Below are positions 29,675-39,358 of a stretch of DNA of 64,000 nt, piece after piece. Source of the DNA: Candidatus Peregrinibacteria bacterium (GTDB taxonomy: Bacteria; Patescibacteriota; Gracilibacteria; UBA1369). Numbering within the stretch: the stretch's first letter is position 1; every line of letters starts with the position of its first letter. Both the position numbers and the translations under genes were made by a program. The notes below the pieces were generated by a model, which saw only the letters and a list, made by a program, of their open reading frames with translations, did not search any database and was not told where the DNA came from. The stretch spans positions 1,248,001-1,312,000 of the forward strand of contig OY970195.1 of NCBI GenBank assembly GCA_963708185.1, given 5' to 3'.

Positions 29675-29780
29675 GGAAAAAGGCCCTTTGTTCAAGAGCC
29701 CTTTCCCTTCCTTACCCCAAAATCTGTCCTATTTTTCAGATTCGCCCCTTAATACGTAGATGGGCATGTTTCGGGTGCAT
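29675..29780 (-). promoter_or_regulatory. Putative attenuator leader of the MFS gene
   Basis: uORFs MHPKHAHLRIKGRI* (29780-29736) and MPIYVLRGESEK* (29767-29729), then terminator-like hairpin AAGGGCTCTT-GAACA-AAGGGCCTTTTT. Confidence 0.5.
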
Positions 29781-29870
29781 GGCTTCGGACAATGAAATTT
29801 TTTTGCAAGTCAGGTGTAATATCTTGCAGATACGTTGTATTATGACTTCGCCCATCCGTGATTCCGTGAG

Positions 29871-30446
29871 ATGCATACCAACGACCCCCAGTTTACTGAT
29901 GAACAACTCGCTCTTTTTGTGCAGCGGGGCGACAAGGAGAAATTCGGCGTTTTGATGGACCGTTACGAACAGAAACTTTCCCGTTACGGCAGAAAATTCC
30001 TTTTTCATCAGAACAACATCGAGGACATGGTCCAGGAAACGTTTCTCAAAGCCTACCAGAACATCAAGAGTTTCGATCCCGACCAGAAATTTTCCTCCTG
30101 GATCTACCGCATCGCCCACAATACTTTTATCAACGCCCTCAAGAAAAAGCTCAGAAATCCGTTGTATTTTTTTGACTTCGATACGTTTATTCCGCATCCC
30201 GTTTATGACGATCCCGAAACGACCGAACATGACCACGCCGAGATTTCCAAAATGCTCAATAAAGGTCTAAAACGCTTGCAACCAACCTATCGGGAAATTA
30301 TCATTTTGTACTACGTTGAAGAACTGAGCTATAAGGAAATCGCGGACATTCTTCATATCCCGACCGGGACCGTGGGTATCCGTCTCAAGAGGGCCAAGGA
30401 ACAGCTCAAAAAAGTTTTACCACAGGAATCAATCCAACACCTATGA
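29871..30446 (+). CDS. ECF RNA polymerase sigma factor
   Basis: EDMVQETFLKA, FSSWIYRIAHN region 2; LSYKEIADIL..GTV..RL.RAK region 4. Confidence 0.95.
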   Translation: MHTNDPQFTDEQLALFVQRGDKEKFGVLMDRYEQKLSRYGRKFLFHQNNIEDMVQETFLKAYQNIKSFDPDQKFSSWIYRIAHNTFINALKKKLRNPLYFFDFDTFIPHPVYDDPETTEHDHAEISKMLNKGLKRLQPTYREIIILYYVEELSYKEIADILHIPTGTVGIRLKRAKEQLKKVLPQESIQHL

Positions 30447-31174
30447 ACGATAAAAACCACCAACACCACGACATCAAGGACAGCGTCCTTGAAAAGATCA
30501 CGAAAGGCGAGGTCCACATGCGCCCGAAAGTGTATTTCGTCCTCAAGCTGCTTCTGCTTGTTTTTGTGGCGCTGTGTACCCTGGTGGTTTCTTCCTATAT
30601 CATCAGCTACATCATCTTCAGCATTATCATCAGCGGGAGAGATTCTCTTCTCGGCTTCGGATCGAGGGGAATCCTGGCGTTTTTCGTGACTTTCCCATGG
30701 CCATTTTTGCTCGCTGACGTTTTGCTGCTGTTTTTCTTTGAGTGGCTGCTGCAGCATTTCAGTTTCGGCTATCACCGTCCGTTTATTTATTTGCTTCTCG
30801 TGGGGGCGCTTCTGAGTGTCGGGGCCGGACTGTTCATCAACTCGACCTCTTTGAACAGGACGCTCATGGTTCAAACCCAACACCAGGGACTTCCGGTGCT
30901 CGGACCTTTTTACGAGCATGTCCGCCGTCCGACTCCGGGCAGGGATATCTTCATCGGCGTGGTCACCGACATCCAGGGCGATACCTGCATGGTCAAGGCT
31001 GACGATCATGATACCGACCGTGATGACGGCATGCGTACAGTTATCGCTCCGCCGAACATGTATCTTGAAAAATTTCTGAATATCGGCGACACGGTTTTTG
31101 TTGCCGGTGATGATGTCGGTGGAGTTATTCACGCCTACGGCATCACTAAAATCAGCCCATCCCTTGAAGAGTGA
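30443..31174 (+). CDS. Membrane protein, putative anti-sigma factor
   Basis: ATGA-coupled to the ECF gene; three TM plus C-terminal beta domain. Confidence 0.65.
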   Translation: MNDKNHQHHDIKDSVLEKITKGEVHMRPKVYFVLKLLLLVFVALCTLVVSSYIISYIIFSIIISGRDSLLGFGSRGILAFFVTFPWPFLLADVLLLFFFEWLLQHFSFGYHRPFIYLLLVGALLSVGAGLFINSTSLNRTLMVQTQHQGLPVLGPFYEHVRRPTPGRDIFIGVVTDIQGDTCMVKADDHDTDRDDGMRTVIAPPNMYLEKFLNIGDTVFVAGDDVGGVIHAYGITKISPSLEE

Positions 31175-31272
31175 AAATAGGTGAAATAAATTTTTCATGC
31201 AGATGTAATAGATGGTGGGTAAGGTTTTATTTCTTAAGCCCTTCTTTTTTTGGGGCGTCATAAACATCTCAT

Positions 31273-31830
31273 ATGAAAAAATTTTTTCTTTCAGCCGCGG
31301 TGATCGTTGTGTTCGGTTTTTACGTGTATTCCACGACGTTGGGACAGACGGTTCCGGCATCATCCCAACAACAGGTATCCAATTTCGGATCTTCTATTTC
31401 GGCACCTGAAACTCCGCTTCAAAGCCAGCCACAGTCGGCTCCGCCCACACCAACTCCGACACCCACACCAACTCCTACGCCTGCACCGACACCTACGCCG
31501 GCTCCAACGCCAAAGCCAAAGCCAACGCCAACACCGGTAAAAAGCGGTTTGAAAGACGGTACCTATGCCGGCGATTCAGTCTTTGTGTTTTATGGGAACG
31601 TCCAGCTGCAGGCAGTGGTTCAAGGTGGTAAACTTGTGAACGTCAAAGCTTTGGATTATCCGCAGGACCGGGGACACAGTCTTGAGATCAGCAACTATGT
31701 TCTTCCTCTTCTTACGAATGAGGCAATCCAAAGACAAAGCGCCTCGGTCGATATTATTTCAGGTGCCACTCAGACGAGTGAAGGATTTGTACAATCCCTG
31801 GCTTCGGCGCTTACACAGGCAAAAGCTTAA
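31273..31830 (+). CDS. FMN-binding (flavinylated) exported protein with PT linker
   Basis: [20 protein letters not shown] containing the [ST]GA[ST] flavinylation motif. Confidence 0.9.
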   Translation: MKKFFLSAAVIVVFGFYVYSTTLGQTVPASSQQQVSNFGSSISAPETPLQSQPQSAPPTPTPTPTPTPTPAPTPTPAPTPKPKPTPTPVKSGLKDGTYAGDSVFVFYGNVQLQAVVQGGKLVNVKALDYPQDRGHSLEISNYVLPLLTNEAIQRQSASVDIISGATQTSEGFVQSLASALTQAKA

Positions 31831-31834
31831 CATT

Positions 31835-32581
31835 ATGAAAAAAACGGAACTCATTATGGGAATGCCCATCACGGTTGAAATTGTTGATTCGACGGCAGAT
31901 GAAGCTCTCCTCCAACGCGTTTTCGATTATTTCCGCTCGGTGGATGAGCGCTTCAGTACCTATAAGGAGACCAGCGAGATTTCAAAGATCAACCGGGGCG
32001 AGCTTTCCGAAGATGAATTCAGCGGCGACATGAAACTTGTCCTTGAGCTATGCGAGCAGACCAAAAAGATGACCGACGGTTATTTTGATATCGTTACGCC
32101 CGGGGGAAAATATGATCCTTCCGGCCTGGTGAAAGGCTGGTCCATCCATAATGCCGCAAAGATTCTTCAGAATAACGGCGTAAAGTCTTTTTTTATCGAC
32201 GCGGGCGGCGATATTCAGCCCGCAGGGGTCAACGCCAAGGGGCAGAAATGGAGCGTCGGCATCCGTCATCCTTTTCACCAGGATGAGGTCGTGAAAGTCA
32301 TTTACGTCAGCGACGAAGGCGTCGCGACTTCCGGAACGTACATCCGCGGGCAGCATATCTACGACCCTTTTGATAAAAAGCTGGAAATTACCGAGGTCGT
32401 CAGTCTGACGGTGGTGGGTCCGAATGTCTATGAAGCCGATCGTTTTGCTACGGCCGCTTTTGCCATGGGGCTCAAAGGCATCCATTTCATTGAAAGGCTG
32501 AAAGGTTTTGAAGCCTATATGATCGACAAGAATGGTATTGCCACCATGACCAGTAATTTTATACAGTACACCCGTGCTTAA
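31835..32581 (+). CDS. apbE: FAD:protein FMN transferase
   Basis: MG, SEIS.IN, DPSGLVKG, DAGGD, ATSG.Y, AD..ATA motifs; ATG at 31835. Confidence 0.9.
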   Translation: MKKTELIMGMPITVEIVDSTADEALLQRVFDYFRSVDERFSTYKETSEISKINRGELSEDEFSGDMKLVLELCEQTKKMTDGYFDIVTPGGKYDPSGLVKGWSIHNAAKILQNNGVKSFFIDAGGDIQPAGVNAKGQKWSVGIRHPFHQDEVVKVIYVSDEGVATSGTYIRGQHIYDPFDKKLEITEVVSLTVVGPNVYEADRFATAAFAMGLKGIHFIERLKGFEAYMIDKNGIATMTSNFIQYTRA

Positions 32582-34088
32582 TTTTATCGACAACCTGGTC
32601 AACGGGATTACGATGTATCGTTTGGTGCTCTACTATTTGATCGGGCTGTGGATCGCGGCGGCGGTGTTTTCCTTGATGGGACTTTTGCCTTTCGGGTTCG
32701 TCGATCTTGCCGTCGGTACATCGATCGTTCTCCTCGTGTGTGCCGTTACGAACGCAGTTTTTGCTTATGTGTTCGAGGTTCCGGCGAATGTCGAATCACT
32801 TTACATCACCGCGTTGATTCTGGTGATGATCATCACTCCTCAGCCGATGCAGAAGGCGGGATTATCGTTTCTGTTCTGGGCTTCAGTCTGGGCCATGGCA
32901 TCGAAATTCATTTTTGCCATCGGGAAAAAACATCTTTTTAACCCTGCGGCGTTCGCCGTGGTCTTGATGTCGTTGACGATCAATCAATACGCCAGCTGGT
33001 GGATCGGAACGCTTGTCATGCTGCCTTTTGTGGTGGTCGGCGGCATTTTGATCACAAGAAAAATCCAGCGATTTGACCTCGTCCTGAGTTTTTTCGCCAT
33101 GGGCATTGTTGCCTCGGTGTTGACCTCCCTGAAGGCCGATCCTCTGGTCATTCTGTGGAAAACCGTGGTCGATTCCCCGTTGCTTTTTCTCGGGTTCGTC
33201 ATGCTGACGGAGCCGCTTACCACACCTCCCACCAGGAGACTGAGACTCGCGTACGGATCGCTCGTGGGTATTTTGTCCCAGCCGGCCGTTCATCTGGCTT
33301 CGTTTTATTTTACACCTGAGATCGCTTTACTTGCGGGCAACATTTTTTCGTATCTGGTCAGTCCCAAGGAAAAATATATGCTCAAACTTCAAGAGAGATT
33401 CCAGTTCGGAAAGGATATTTTTCATTTTGTTTTTGCCCCGAACAAGCCGGCGAAATTCAAGCCAGGGCAGTATCTCGAATGGACGCTCGGACATAAAGAT
33501 CCTGATAACAGAGGCAACCGCCGCTATTTCACCATCGCCTCTTCTCCGACGGAGCAAGGCGTCCAGCTTGGCGTAAAGTTCTATCCAAATTCGAGCACGT
33601 ATAAAAAAGCTCTTTTGGACATGAAGAAAGGCGATATTCTCACGGCATCGCAGCTTGCAGGAGAGTTTACGCTGCCCGAGGACAAGCAGAAAAAACTGGT
33701 GTTCATTGCAGGGGGCATTGGCGTGACGCCTTTCAGGAGCATCATGAAGTACCTTGTGGATACGGAGGATAAACGTTCCATTGTTCTTTTCTACTGTAAC
33801 AAGATTTCTTCGGAAATCGCCTACAAAGACGTATTTGATCAAGCCGAAAAGCAGCTGGGAACCAAAACCGTTTATGTGCTCACCGACAAAACAGCCGTTC
33901 CCAAAGACTGGAATGGTCAGCAGGGGTACATCACTCCCGAGATGATCGCCAAGGAGGTCCCGGACTATATGGAAAGAATGTTTTACATTTCCGGACCGCA
34001 CGCCATGGTCGTTGCTTACGAGAACGTTTTAAAAGAGATGTCGGTTTCGCGCGATCACATCAAGATCGATTTTTTCCCGGGGTTTTAG
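32574..34088 (+). CDS. RnfD/NqrB-like membrane domain fused to an FNR-type NAD(P)H oxidoreductase
   Basis: KHLFNPA and MLTEPLTTP in the TM part; RYFTIAS, AGGIGVTP, YISGP..M in the soluble part. Confidence 0.85.
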   Translation: MLNFIDNLVNGITMYRLVLYYLIGLWIAAAVFSLMGLLPFGFVDLAVGTSIVLLVCAVTNAVFAYVFEVPANVESLYITALILVMIITPQPMQKAGLSFLFWASVWAMASKFIFAIGKKHLFNPAAFAVVLMSLTINQYASWWIGTLVMLPFVVVGGILITRKIQRFDLVLSFFAMGIVASVLTSLKADPLVILWKTVVDSPLLFLGFVMLTEPLTTPPTRRLRLAYGSLVGILSQPAVHLASFYFTPEIALLAGNIFSYLVSPKEKYMLKLQERFQFGKDIFHFVFAPNKPAKFKPGQYLEWTLGHKDPDNRGNRRYFTIASSPTEQGVQLGVKFYPNSSTYKKALLDMKKGDILTASQLAGEFTLPEDKQKKLVFIAGGIGVTPFRSIMKYLVDTEDKRSIVLFYCNKISSEIAYKDVFDQAEKQLGTKTVYVLTDKTAVPKDWNGQQGYITPEMIAKEVPDYMERMFYISGPHAMVVAYENVLKEMSVSRDHIKIDFFPGF

Positions 34089-34178
34089 AAATGTGCTGAG
34101 GGTCCGGGTTTGACTCGGTTTGCAAAGACTATGTAAAGATTCTACAATCCCTTTGTTTACATCCTGAGGTTTTTTGTC

Positions 34179-35312
34179 ATGGCCAAGGCGGAACAGGGAC
34201 ATAACAATTCGCAGACCAAAGCGACGCCGTCGAAGTTCCGTTCGCGCCAGCTGGACATCATCAAAGCATTGGCGATCATTTTCGTGGTGATGTTTCATTT
34301 TTTTCCGGGACAACTCGGCTGGCACATGAAGGTCATGCCACCGGGATGGTTTGAACAGTACTGGAGCCAGTCTTCGGCCAGCATTCTGCACTTTCTGGAT
34401 TCGTATCTGTACCTCGGCGTGAATCTTTTCGTCATCGCTTCCGGGTTCGGTCTGTATCTTTCCCATCTGAAATCCGGCAAGCCCCTGAATTTGAAAGAGT
34501 TTTTCGTCAAGCGCGTCTGGAGACTGATGCCCGCGGCTATTCTGTCGATCATCGTGCTCTTTTTCGTGAAAGGATTTTTTCTGAACCAGTGGTTCACGCA
34601 GGACTGGTATTTGAATATGTTTCCTTTTTTCGGAGGTTTGAACCTTTTTTCGGACAGTTGGTTTTTCCCTCCCATCAACGGAGAAACCTGGTTTTTGGGC
34701 CTTATCGTCCAACTCTATCTGTTCTTTCCTTTGTTGGTATGGATGTATGAACGCATGGGAGAGAAAAAGTTTTTACTGATGCTTTTGCTGGTTTCGGTGG
34801 CATTCCGCGGATTCTACTACGTGTTCTGGAAAGACACCATTTCCAGTCTGAGTTACGGTTTCAGCATCGGACGTCTCTTCGAGTTCGGATTCGGCATGGT
34901 CGTGGCCAGGAAATTCGTTCACGGGCATGCTCTGAACAAATGGTGGATCTTGGGGATGGTTTGCGGACTCGGCTATTTTTGGCCCTGGACTTTCCCGTTC
35001 GCAGATTCGCTCCTAGGCGTGGGGTTTTTCACGCTGCTGTGGTTCGTCGTTCGTACATTTCCGGAGTGGCAAGGTTGGGGAAAAATCGCCGCGCAAAGCT
35101 ATCTGATTTTCTTGCTTCATCACCCTTTCATCTGGATTCTGGAAAACTGGGGATTCCATGAAGAATGGAGTCTCGAAGGGATCGGAGTTTTCGCGCTGTT
35201 CTTTCTTTTCAGTTACGGACTCGCGCTTGCGGCCCAGTGGGTTTTGGATCTCGCGGGCAAGTTGTTTGCCTTGATGAAAAACGGACGCGTTACGGGGCCG
35301 AGACCGGCGTGA
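34179..35312 (+). CDS. Acyltransferase-3 (OafA-like) membrane protein
   Basis: LD..K..AI..V..H, GV.LF...SGF, KR..RL.P, W.L....Q.Y..FP, SY..FL.H. Confidence 0.9.
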   Translation: MAKAEQGHNNSQTKATPSKFRSRQLDIIKALAIIFVVMFHFFPGQLGWHMKVMPPGWFEQYWSQSSASILHFLDSYLYLGVNLFVIASGFGLYLSHLKSGKPLNLKEFFVKRVWRLMPAAILSIIVLFFVKGFFLNQWFTQDWYLNMFPFFGGLNLFSDSWFFPPINGETWFLGLIVQLYLFFPLLVWMYERMGEKKFLLMLLLVSVAFRGFYYVFWKDTISSLSYGFSIGRLFEFGFGMVVARKFVHGHALNKWWILGMVCGLGYFWPWTFPFADSLLGVGFFTLLWFVVRTFPEWQGWGKIAAQSYLIFLLHHPFIWILENWGFHEEWSLEGIGVFALFFLFSYGLALAAQWVLDLAGKLFALMKNGRVTGPRPA

Positions 35313-38163
35313 TGGAACCGGGTATGCCGAGCGACAGGTTTCCGATGTTGGAGGTGTCGGTGTTCATGGCCGTGGTCGAACTGATCGTCACGTCCGTGCT
35401 TGCGGTTCCCACATAACCTGCTTTGTCGAAAACTTTGACGGTAATGGTGTGGTGCGTTCCGTTGGGTTCCCCGTAGGGTAGACGGATAAGTCCTTCGTAC
35501 GGTGCAGTGACGGTTTTGTATTTGAATTCGGGGTTCGCGTCGAGGTAGTACTCCACGCGGTCCACGCCGCTCGGGGCATTGGCGTTGACCTGGACGGGAA
35601 TCTTGCTGCCGGTGACGACGCTGGAGCCGTTTGCCGGACTTATGACGGATACGGTCGGCCTGTTGGCATAGTTCTGTGCGCTGCGGCCCGGGCAGCTTTC
35701 GGTCGGCGGCGGTCCCATAATCAGTGAAGGGTTGTTGGGGTCCGCGGTTCCGCTGTTTTGCAACAGCCAGTCCTGAGCGCCTTTTTCCCATTCCGGGTAC
35801 GGCGCGATATCGTGGAGATTCTCGTAGGTGACTTTCTTGATCATTTCAGGAGGCGTGAATTCGTTGGCGAGTTTGCCGCAGAGCATGTCGGTGTCTACCT
35901 GGACGTAGCTGTCGTCGATCTCCGTCGGAACCGAGAAGCTGGCGAAGATGTCGCTTCCGATCTGATCAGGAGGCGTCAGCGGTCCGGGAAGTTTGCCCGA
36001 AGCTTTGGATATTTGTACTTCTTTAATCCCGTCGGGTACGGGGAAATCTTCTTCGGGCGTTCCGTCGAGAGCCTGGGTCATGAAGGCTTTCCATATCGGG
36101 GCGGCCGTGTTGACCCCGTCCGCCGCGAGGCTGATGGTTCCGTCTTTGGAAGGGTCGTTGTTCCCGGTCCACACTCCCGCAACCAGACGCGTGGTGTAGC
36201 CGATGGTCAAAAGGTCGTTGGGGAAGTAGATTTTTTGGCCGTTCTTGTTGATATAGCCGTTACTGGTTCCGGATTTGGCTGCGTTGATCTGCCCGGGGAT
36301 GGTCATGTTTTCACTGAGACGGACCGACTTGTCGGAAAGAATGCTGGTGATGAGGTAAGCGATCTGGGGATCGAGGACGGGCTGTCCGTCAACGGGCTGC
36401 CATTGTTCAAGGATGTCGCCTTTGCTGTTCTGGATCTTGAGAATGGCGGTGGGTTCCTGGCGTACGCCGGCGTCGGCGAATACACCATAAGCGGAGACGA
36501 GGTCGAGCAATCTCACCGCGCCGCTTCCGATGGCCAAGGTGTAGCTGTAGGAATGGTTCGGGTCGCTCTGCAGTTCCTGGAACTGGATGCCCATGCGCTG
36601 CGCGAGGTCGATGATCGGCTTTTCTCCTCCCGCGAGGAAGTAGGCTTTGATGGCCGGAATGTTTCTGGACTGACCGAGCGCTTTGCGAAGGGTCATCGGC
36701 CCCCAGAATTTTCCGTCGAAGTTTTTCGGGGAATCGCTGCCAAGCTGTATCGGCGCGTCGAAGACCACCGAGCCCGGTCCGTAATCGTTATAAAAGGCCT
36801 GGGCATAGGCGAAAGGTTTGAACGACGAACCTGGCTGGCGGTAGCGCAGGGCCACGTTGACGTTGCCGTCCACCGACGTATCGTTGTAGTCGCGCGAGCC
36901 CACCATGGCCAGAATCTGTCCCGTTTTGGGATCGATGGCCACGAGTGCGGCGTTCTTGTCGTTGTATTTTTTCTCGTTGGAGAGCGCACCGTCCTTGACG
37001 ACATTTTCCGCAATGTCCTGCAGTTTGGGGTCCAGAGTGGTATAGATCTGCAGGCCTCCGTTTTCCACCACGTCCGTCCCGTATTTCTGTTCGAGCTGGT
37101 CGAGTATATAAAAGACGAAGTGCTGGTGTTTGAACGCGTCCTGATACGGTTTGATGAAGTCCGGTTTCTGGATTTCGGCGAGGGCCTGGGTCATCTGGTC
37201 CTGCGTGATGTAGCCGAGACTGAGCATGCGCTTCAGTACGAGGTCGCTGCGCCCCTGGATATATATAGTATTGTTGTCGGTAATCTTTACGTTCGCTCCG
37301 ATGAGTCCGCGCCAGAATTCATTGTCATGGAGGTCCGATTCGCTTTTGATGGTGCGGAAGAGGAGATCATCGGGGGTGAAATCCTTGTTGAGGGTGGAGT
37401 ATTTGTGCGGGCCGTACGGGTTATAGTAGCTCGGCGCCTGCGGGATGCCGGCAAGAGTGGCGCTTTCGGCAAGATCCAGGTCTTTGGCGTGTTTGCCGAA
37501 GTAGATCTGCGCGGCTTTTTCGATACCATACGCCGTATTGCCGTAAGGGATCTTGTTCAAATAGAGTTCGAGGATTTTTTTCTTGTCGAAGGTCTGTTCA
37601 AGCTGCACCGCCAGAATGAGTTCCTTGATTTTGCGGCTGATGGATTTTTCGTCACTGAGGAAGGTGAGTTTGATGTACTGCTGGGTGATGGTTGAGGCTC
37701 CGCGGGTGATTCCCATGTGCAATACGTCGCTGATGCCGGAAGTGACCATGCGGGAAAAGTCGAATCCGGGATGTTCCCAATAGGTATCGTCCTCGATCGC
37801 CACCGTGGCGTCCACGAGGGTCGGCGCGATCTGGTCGTAATTCACGTATTGGCGGTTCTCTTCACCGTGTTTGACGTAAATGACGTTGCCTTCGCGGTCG
37901 TAAATGGTCGTGGATTGCGCAACCGAAAGTTTGTCGAGGTCATGGACGTCAGGCAGGCCGATGCTGAAGTAGGCGATGGAAAGACCGAACGCCAGCACGC
38001 CGAAAAGGATGAGTCCGAAAATGCCCAGTCCGATCCACAGGAGGATCTGCTTGATGTCGGGTTTTTTGTTGAACTTTTTCGGGTTGAAGTGAAACGACCC
38101 CCGATGGGCGTAATTTTGCGGTTTGCCGAATTTTTTCCGGAAGAAATCCTTGATCTTTTGCAT
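35290..38163 (-). CDS. Class A penicillin-binding protein (PBP1A-like) with C-terminal Ig-like domain
   Basis: EDDTY.H.G, GASTITQQ, RK..E transglycosylase motifs; SSFK, SRN, KSG transpeptidase motifs. Confidence 0.93.
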   Translation of the reverse strand: MQKIKDFFRKKFGKPQNYAHRGSFHFNPKKFNKKPDIKQILLWIGLGIFGLILFGVLAFGLSIAYFSIGLPDVHDLDKLSVAQSTTIYDREGNVIYVKHGEENRQYVNYDQIAPTLVDATVAIEDDTYWEHPGFDFSRMVTSGISDVLHMGITRGASTITQQYIKLTFLSDEKSISRKIKELILAVQLEQTFDKKKILELYLNKIPYGNTAYGIEKAAQIYFGKHAKDLDLAESATLAGIPQAPSYYNPYGPHKYSTLNKDFTPDDLLFRTIKSESDLHDNEFWRGLIGANVKITDNNTIYIQGRSDLVLKRMLSLGYITQDQMTQALAEIQKPDFIKPYQDAFKHQHFVFYILDQLEQKYGTDVVENGGLQIYTTLDPKLQDIAENVVKDGALSNEKKYNDKNAALVAIDPKTGQILAMVGSRDYNDTSVDGNVNVALRYRQPGSSFKPFAYAQAFYNDYGPGSVVFDAPIQLGSDSPKNFDGKFWGPMTLRKALGQSRNIPAIKAYFLAGGEKPIIDLAQRMGIQFQELQSDPNHSYSYTLAIGSGAVRLLDLVSAYGVFADAGVRQEPTAILKIQNSKGDILEQWQPVDGQPVLDPQIAYLITSILSDKSVRLSENMTIPGQINAAKSGTSNGYINKNGQKIYFPNDLLTIGYTTRLVAGVWTGNNDPSKDGTISLAADGVNTAAPIWKAFMTQALDGTPEEDFPVPDGIKEVQISKASGKLPGPLTPPDQIGSDIFASFSVPTEIDDSYVQVDTDMLCGKLANEFTPPEMIKKVTYENLHDIAPYPEWEKGAQDWLLQNSGTADPNNPSLIMGPPPTESCPGRSAQNYANRPTVSVISPANGSSVVTGSKIPVQVNANAPSGVDRVEYYLDANPEFKYKTVTAPYEGLIRLPYGEPNGTHHTITVKVFDKAGYVGTASTDVTISSTTAMNTDTSNIGNLSLGIPGSITPVSAP

Positions 38164-38383
38164 GTTGGGACTGTTTCACCGAGAGGATGCGTACCTGATG
38201 TTTTTTCGTCGTTTTATCCTTGTTCGTGGTCTGTATGATAACAAAACGGCGATGAATATTCAACCGTAGAGACGGGGAACATGCAAGGGTATTTTCTTAC
38301 ATTTTCAGCCAAACCTTTGGTTGTGCATCTCGTTTGAGATTGTTACAATCTCCCTGTTCACATTTTTTTACAACATTTTTACC

Positions 38384-39358
38384 ATGATGACGCTCAAGCA
38401 ACTGTATGATAAGTGCCTGGATTTGGCCATCGCGCGTGGTCCGCGTTCGAAAAAAGATATCGATGACCAACTGAAGAGGATCCGTGATGAGTACAAAAAG
38501 CTTGATGAAAAAAAGAAAGAGTATTTTGACGAAGAAAGTCTGACCAACCCGTTCCTGGACAGCCGCATCGAAAACGGTGATCCCAAAACCCAGCTCAAAC
38601 GCATCATGGTGGGCATTGATATCGGCGTGGGGGAAATTTTGATCGCCAATGAGCTCAACAAGGGCGGAAAGAAGATCGACGCCGTGATCGCCCATCATCC
38701 CGAGGGCCGCTCACTCATCGACCTGACGAGAGTCATGGACCTTCAGGAGGACATCGCCATGATGGAGGGTGTTCCCGTGAACGTGGCCGAGAAACTTCTT
38801 CGGGCCAGGATCGGCGATCTCAACAGGGGACTGCATCCTCACAATCATTATCAGGTTCCCAATGCGGCGAAGCTTTTGAACATTCCTTTCGCCTGTTTCC
38901 ACACGTTTGCCGATAATAACGTTTACTGGTTTATCAAGAAGTACATTACCGCCAAAAAACCGAAGTACGTCAGCGACATCATGGAAGCGCTCATGGATCT
39001 TCCTGAGTTTCAGATGGGCAAGAAGCTGGGGAACGGACCGACGATGTTCGTCGGTGACGAAAAAGCCCGCGTCGGCAAGATCTCCTTCTCCGGCTTTACG
39101 GGTGGCACCTCCGGTTCCAAAGACATGTACGAAAAAATGGCCGCCGCGGGCGTCGGGACGATCATGGCGATGCATATTCCCGAAGAGCACCGTAAACTTG
39201 CCGAAAAGTACCACATGAACGTGCTTATCACCGGCCACATGGCCAGCGACAGCATGGGCGTCAACCTGCTCATGGACGAAGCCGAAAAGAAAGGCGTGGA
39301 AATCGTTCCGTGCGGAGGATTCCTGCGCGTGAGCCGTGCCAAGAAAAAGCTGTTCTAG
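38384..39358 (+). CDS. NIF3-like (NGG1p interacting factor) metal-binding protein
   Basis: GID, AHHP.G, HT.ADN, GH..SD motifs. Confidence 0.8.
   Translation: MMTLKQLYDKCLDLAIARGPRSKKDIDDQLKRIRDEYKKLDEKKKEYFDEESLTNPFLDSRIENGDPKTQLKRIMVGIDIGVGEILIANELNKGGKKIDAVIAHHPEGRSLIDLTRVMDLQEDIAMMEGVPVNVAEKLLRARIGDLNRGLHPHNHYQVPNAAKLLNIPFACFHTFADNNVYWFIKKYITAKKPKYVSDIMEALMDLPEFQMGKKLGNGPTMFVGDEKARVGKISFSGFTGGTSGSKDMYEKMAAAGVGTIMAMHIPEEHRKLAEKYHMNVLITGHMASDSMGVNLLMDEAEKKGVEIVPCGGFLRVSRAKKKLF

Noticed and set aside
30443-30446. UGA-to-Gly recoding (Gracilibacteria-type code 25)
   Set aside because: Conserved genes are intact under code 11, and TGA acts as a stop in ATGA overlaps
31441-31536. PT/PK repeat as a DNA repeat element
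   Set aside because: Synonymous variation shows a protein-level linker in the FMN-binding protein
35758-37695. 645-aa + strand ORF and other long antisense ORFs (e.g. 50820..52049, 52980..53987, 617..1606)
   Set aside because: Shadow frames opposite well-supported genes, with no motifs
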